A stretch of 64,000 nucleotides of DNA from Alphaproteobacteria bacterium (lineage in GTDB: Bacteria; Pseudomonadota; Alphaproteobacteria; CALKHQ01), in the NCBI GenBank assembly GCA_965227515.1, contig CBDDFZ010000002.1, positions 288,001-352,000 on the forward strand. Direction: 5' to 3'. This document shows, one piece after another, positions 59,761 through 64,000 of the stretch. Every line of letters begins with the position of its first letter. The first letter of the stretch is position 1. The notes beneath the pieces are model-generated. The model made no database searches, was not told where the DNA came from, and was given only the letters and a program-made list of their open reading frames with translations. The position numbers and the translations under genes are program-made.

Positions 59761-60633
59761 GTGAAGCCGCCGCTGTTCGAATACATCCGCCCCGCCACGG
59801 TCGAGGAGGCGGTCGCCGCCCGCGCGGCCCACGAGGACTCGGTGGTGCTGGCCGGCGGGCAAAGCCTGATCCCGACCCTCAATTTCCGCATCGCCAACCC
59901 CGACGCCGTGATCGACATTGCGCGCATCCAGGGGCTGGACCGGATCGCGGTGGAGGGCGGCAGCATCCGCGTCGGCGCAATGGCGCGCCACCGCGACGTC
60001 GAGCTGTCGGACGAGGTGCACGCGGCCAACCCGCTGTTGCGCGATGTGCTGGGCAACGTCGCCCACATTGTCGTTCGCAATCGCGGCACGGTGGTCGGCA
60101 GCATCGCCCATGCCGACGCGGCGGCGGAAATGCCGTGCGTGTTGCTGGCGCTGGACGGCCATGTGGTGGCGCAGGGCCCGAATGGCCGGCGCGAGATCGC
60201 CGCCGCCGACTTCTTCCAGTTCCATATGACGACAGCGCTCGCCGCCGACGAGCTGCTGGTCGAGGCGGTGTTTCCGGCGCTGCCGGCGGGTGCCGGCTGG
60301 GCCTTCCGCGAATTCGCCCGCCGGCACGGCGACTATGCGCTGGCCGGCATCTGTGCCGTGCTGGAGTTGGACGGCGACACCTGCCGCACTGCGCGCCTCG
60401 CCGCTTGCGGCATCGCCTCGACGCCGGTGCGGCTCAGCGCGGTGGAGGACCGGTTGGCCGGCGCTCGGCTGGACAAGGGGTCAGTGGCTGCGGCTGCGGC
60501 GGAAGCGGGACAATACGTGACCGCGGAGGACGAGCCGCAGGCGACGGCGGCCTACCGCCGCCACCTCACGGCGGCCCTGGTACGCGCCACAGTCGCCGAG
60601 GCCGCCGGCCGTGCCGGCGTGGATGTGGGGTAG
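59761..60633 (+). CDS. Mo-hydroxylase FAD-binding medium subunit
   Basis: LAGGQSLIP, RNRGTVVGSIAHADAAAE, ARRHGDYA. Confidence 0.9.
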   Translation: MKPPLFEYIRPATVEEAVAARAAHEDSVVLAGGQSLIPTLNFRIANPDAVIDIARIQGLDRIAVEGGSIRVGAMARHRDVELSDEVHAANPLLRDVLGNVAHIVVRNRGTVVGSIAHADAAAEMPCVLLALDGHVVAQGPNGRREIAAADFFQFHMTTALAADELLVEAVFPALPAGAGWAFREFARRHGDYALAGICAVLELDGDTCRTARLAACGIASTPVRLSAVEDRLAGARLDKGSVAAAAAEAGQYVTAEDEPQATAAYRRHLTAALVRATVAEAAGRAGVDVG

Positions 60634-60661
60634 GGCTCGGCGTCGGATGCGCACTACACGC

Positions 60662-60752
60662 CGTCATCCTCGGGCTTGTCCCGAGGATCCACGAGATGGC
60701 CGCTCAAGCGGCCAAACAGACGTGGATGGCCGGGTCAAGCCCGGCCATGACG
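60662..60752. repeat. CGTC-type REP dimer, family B, copy 4
   Basis: CGTC-ATCCTCGGG-CTTGT-CCCGAGGAT-CCA ... TGGCCGCTCAAGCGGCCA ... ATGGCCGGGTCAAGCCCGGCCAT-GACG. Confidence 0.85.
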
Positions 60753-60785
60753 AGGGAAGTGTTGTCGGAGCCACGAGGGGATAAC

Positions 60786-61322
60786 ATGGACGGCGCGATG
60801 CGGGGGGACATTGACACCGGGTCCGGCGACCCGACGGTGGAGATCACGCTGACGGTCAACGGGCGCGAGGTGACGCGGTCGGTCAGCCCGCGCGCACTGC
60901 TATCCGATTTCCTGCGCCACGGCCTGGGTCTGACAGGCACCCATGTCGGCTGCGAGCATGGGGTCTGCGGCTGCTGCACCGTGCTGCTCGACGGGCGCTC
61001 GGCCCGGTCATGCCTGACCTTCGCGGTGCAGGCCGACGGCGCCGAAATCCGCACCATCGAGAGCCTGGCGCCGGATGCCGAGAACCTGCACCCGGTGCAG
61101 CAGGCGTTCCACGAGAGCCACGCGCTGCAGTGCGGCTATTGCACGCCGGGCTTCGTGATGGCGGTGGTCAGCCATTTCGAGCAGACGCCGGACCCCGACC
61201 TCTCCGACGAGGGTATCCGCGAGGCGATCTCCGGCAATCTGTGCCGCTGCACCGGCTATCAGAACATCGTCACTGCCGTGCGCAGGGCGCACGAGCTGAT
61301 GACGGAAGGGAAGGAAGGCTGA
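60786..61322 (+). CDS. Mo-hydroxylase (2Fe-2S) small subunit
   Basis: [28 protein letters not shown]. Confidence 0.9.
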   Translation: MDGAMRGDIDTGSGDPTVEITLTVNGREVTRSVSPRALLSDFLRHGLGLTGTHVGCEHGVCGCCTVLLDGRSARSCLTFAVQADGAEIRTIESLAPDAENLHPVQQAFHESHALQCGYCTPGFVMAVVSHFEQTPDPDLSDEGIREAISGNLCRCTGYQNIVTAVRRAHELMTEGKEG

Positions 61323-63754
61323 TGTCGACCCGTACCTTCGGCGAGCGCGTTCAACGCAACATCGACCCCCGCCTGCTGACCGGCGGCGGCCGGTTCGTCG
61401 ACGATATCGAGCTGCCCGGCGCGCTGCACGCCGCCTTCGTGCGCAGCCCGTTCGCGCGTGCCCGGATCGGTGGCATCGATGCCGAGGCGGCCCGCAACCA
61501 CCCCGGCGTTGTCGCGGTCTATACGGCCGACGACCTGGGTCCGTACGACGTCGAGATGCCGCTGCTGATCCCGCATTCCTCGCTGATCGGCGCGCGCACC
61601 CAGCGCCCGCTCGCCCGCGACGACGTGTTCTATGTCGGCCAGACGGTGGCCATGGTGGTGGCGGTCGACCGCTATGTGGCCGAGGACGCGGCCCGCATGG
61701 TCGATGTCGACTACGACCCCATGGACGTCGAGCCCGATATCGAGGCGGCGGTGAAGGACGGCGCGCCGCTGGTCCACGGCGATGTCGCCAACAACGTCGC
61801 GGCTCATTTCGTGCAGACCGTGGGCGCGCCGGAAGCGGCGTTCGCGCGCGCCGAGCACGTGACGAGGATCAGGGTGAAGGTGGAGCGCTCGACGGCAGCC
61901 CCCATGGAACCCCGCGCCGTGGCCGCCCGCTTCGACAGCGTGACCGGCGAGTTGCTGGTCTATGACGGCACCCAGGCGCCGATCTCGGTGCGCGGCGGGC
62001 TTGCCTCCATATTCGGCCTCGACGAGGACAAGGTGCGGGTCGTCGCGCCGGATGTCGGCGGCGGTTTCGGCCAGAAGGTATTGCTGTTCTATCCCGACGA
62101 GATCCTGGTGCCGATGGCGGCGATGAAGCTCGGCCGGCCGGTGAAGTTCATCGAGGACCGGGTCGAGAACTTCATCGGCTCGACCCAGGAGCGCACCCAG
62201 ATCCACGAGATCGAGCTCCACGCCACCAAGGACGGCGAGGTGATCGGCCTGAAGGACTATTTCCTGCACGACACCGGCGCCTTCATCCCTTACGGCATCG
62301 CCATCGCGCAAGTGGCCTCCACCTCCATCGCCGGGCCCTACCGCATCCCCAACATCGAGGTGGAGTTCAAGGCGGTCTACACCCCGACCGTGCCGGTGAC
62401 GCCCTATCGCGGCTGCGGCCGGCCGCAGTCGTGCTTCACCATCGAGCGCGCGATGGACAAGCTGGCCGACGAACTGGGCATCGACCGGCTGGAGATCAGG
62501 CGCCGCAACTTCATTGGCAAGGACCAGTTCCCCTACAAGCGCGAGGGGCTGCTGTTCGCCGACGGGCTGAGCGTCACCTACGACAGTGGCGACTACCATC
62601 AGGCGTTGGACCTGCTGGACGAGGCCATCGGCATCGAGGCGTTTCGCGCCGAGCAGGCGGCCGCCCGCGCCGCCGGCAAGCTCATCGGGCTTGGCATGGC
62701 GTTCTATGTCGAGGGCACCGGGCTGGGCCCCTATGAAGGCGGGCACGTGCGCATCCACCCGATCACCGGCAAGGTCTATGTCAACACCGGCCTGACCAGC
62801 CAGGGCCAGGGCCACGACACCGTGTTCGCACAGATCGTGGCCGACCAGCTCGGCTGCCCGGTCACCGACGTGATCATGGTCGAGGGCGATACCGGCGCGT
62901 TCGACTGGGGCGTGGCCACCTTCGCCAGCCGCGCCGCCGTCGTCTCCGGCAACGCCATCCACAAGGCCGCCGGCAAGGCGCGCGAGAAGGTGATCGAGGC
63001 CGCCGCCAACATGCTGGAAGCGGCGAAGGACGACATCGTGCTGGAGGACGGCAAGGCCCATGTCGCGGGCGTGCCAGACATGGCGGTGACGCTGGCCGAG
63101 ATTGCGACCGCCTGCAACCCGCTGCGCTACGCCTTCAACAAGTCGGCCCAGAGCGCGACCCAGTTCGCGCCAGCCAGCAAGCACGACGGCCCGCCGCTGG
63201 CCGAGGGCATGTCGCCGGGCGTCGAGGTCACCGACTATTATTCCCCGCCGCACGCGGTGTGGGCCTATGGCGTGCATGCCGCGATCGTGGAGATCGACCC
63301 GGTGACCTGCGCTGTCGACATCAAGCGCTACATCTGCGTCCACGACTGCGGCAACATGATCAACCCGACCATCGTGGAGGGGCAGATCACCGGCGGCGTG
63401 GCCCAGGGCATCGGCGGCGCGCTCTACGAGCGTATTGAGTACGACGAGACCGCGACGCCCCGGAACGCCAATTTCATGGACTTCCTGGTGCCCTACGCCA
63501 CCGAGGTGCCGACCATCGACATGGTCCACCAGGAGGTGCCGTCGCCGATGAACCCGCTGGGGGTGAAGGGCGTGGGCGAGGCCGGCACCATCGCGGTGGG
63601 TGCCACCATCGCCTCGGCGGTGGAGGATGCGCTGACGCACCTGGGCGCCGGGTCGTTCCACCATGTGCCGATCACGCCGAGCGATATCCACGCCGCCCTC
63701 GACAAGGCAGGCGTCGATCCGGCCAACCCGGCGCCGCCCGCCGCCGCGGAATAG
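61322..63754 (+). CDS. Mo-hydroxylase large subunit (XDH/CoxL-like, not form I CODH)
   Basis: DVGGGFGQK, PYRGCGR loop, TFASR, KGVGEAG. Confidence 0.9.
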   Translation: MSTRTFGERVQRNIDPRLLTGGGRFVDDIELPGALHAAFVRSPFARARIGGIDAEAARNHPGVVAVYTADDLGPYDVEMPLLIPHSSLIGARTQRPLARDDVFYVGQTVAMVVAVDRYVAEDAARMVDVDYDPMDVEPDIEAAVKDGAPLVHGDVANNVAAHFVQTVGAPEAAFARAEHVTRIRVKVERSTAAPMEPRAVAARFDSVTGELLVYDGTQAPISVRGGLASIFGLDEDKVRVVAPDVGGGFGQKVLLFYPDEILVPMAAMKLGRPVKFIEDRVENFIGSTQERTQIHEIELHATKDGEVIGLKDYFLHDTGAFIPYGIAIAQVASTSIAGPYRIPNIEVEFKAVYTPTVPVTPYRGCGRPQSCFTIERAMDKLADELGIDRLEIRRRNFIGKDQFPYKREGLLFADGLSVTYDSGDYHQALDLLDEAIGIEAFRAEQAAARAAGKLIGLGMAFYVEGTGLGPYEGGHVRIHPITGKVYVNTGLTSQGQGHDTVFAQIVADQLGCPVTDVIMVEGDTGAFDWGVATFASRAAVVSGNAIHKAAGKAREKVIEAAANMLEAAKDDIVLEDGKAHVAGVPDMAVTLAEIATACNPLRYAFNKSAQSATQFAPASKHDGPPLAEGMSPGVEVTDYYSPPHAVWAYGVHAAIVEIDPVTCAVDIKRYICVHDCGNMINPTIVEGQITGGVAQGIGGALYERIEYDETATPRNANFMDFLVPYATEVPTIDMVHQEVPSPMNPLGVKGVGEAGTIAVGATIASAVEDALTHLGAGSFHHVPITPSDIHAALDKAGVDPANPAPPAAAE

Positions 63755-63765
63755 ATGCTACGGTG

Positions 63766-63855
63766 TATTAAGGTGACAGTTTACTTAATTCGCTGGTTAT
63801 TCGAGGTTTCGCTGCGACGAACTCGATGCGAATTAAGTAAACTGTCACCTTAATA
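63766..63855. repeat. AT-rich 90-bp element with perfect 28-bp inverted repeats
   Basis: TATTAAGGTGACAGTTTACTTAATTCGC (63766-63793) and its exact reverse complement (63828-63855). Confidence 0.9.
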
Positions 63856-63880
63856 TGGTCTTCGCGGTGTAGCTGCCACC

Positions 63881-64000
63881 ATGTGGCTGCTCCTCCTCGG
63901 CCTCGCCTCCGCCGTCGTTGGCGCGGCGCTGGCCGCGCAACCGACCATCAATGCCGAGCTCAACCGCTATGTCGGCAGTCCGCTGTGGGCCGGCCTCGTC
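63881..64000 (+). CDS. DMT/YdcZ-like small membrane protein, 5' fragment
   Basis: MWLLLLGLASAVVGAALAAQPTINAELNRYVGSPLWAGLV; the Q..IN..L pattern fits YdcZ; runs off the right edge. Confidence 0.65.
   Translation, partial: MWLLLLGLASAVVGAALAAQPTINAELNRYVGSPLWAGLV

Overview
GC-rich alphaproteobacterial (Rhodospirillales-like, inferred) chromosomal window with about 60 coding genes and no rRNA, tRNA, CRISPR array, transposase or prophage gene that I could recognise. From left to right: (i) the 3' end of a Mo-hydroxylase large subunit; (ii) a catabolic cluster (MlrC/M81 peptidase, two GMC oxidoreductases, AstE/DoeB-like deacylase, Gfo/Idh/MocA, PLP dehydratase, CUT1 ABC transporter); (iii) a ~14.5 kb minus-strand operon opposite a GntR/FadR regulator (FAH, alpha/beta hydrolase, amidohydrolase, LIV-type ABC transporter whose last ATPase is fused to a Tm-1/UPF0261 domain, flotillin, an MntA-HepT toxin-antitoxin pair that looks inserted, an SRPBCC protein and an SRPBCC-quinone oxidoreductase fusion); (iv) housekeeping genes (fliN-like, csaA, phasin with PhaR-type boxes, a divergent rpoH paralog, proC, ubiK, hldD, lgt, MidA-like, pgeF); (v) a form I aerobic CO dehydrogenase cluster (MHYT-LytTR, coxMSLDEF; AYRCSFR motif); (vi) a YhdP/AsmA-like gene and an orphan permease; (vii) a hydantoinase/oxoprolinase A+B pair linked to a second Mo-hydroxylase with an unusual PYRGCGR active-site loop. 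Intergenic DNA carries at least three palindromic element types. One always lies just 3' of a stop codon in the sense orientation and shows covariation, conserved mismatches and a GNRA-type tetraloop. The best candidates for undescribed biology are the ABC-Tm-1/flotillin/SRPBCC operon, the Mo-hydroxylase + ATP-dependent lactamase module and this oriented structured repeat. All product calls come from motif recognition by eye; no searches were run.
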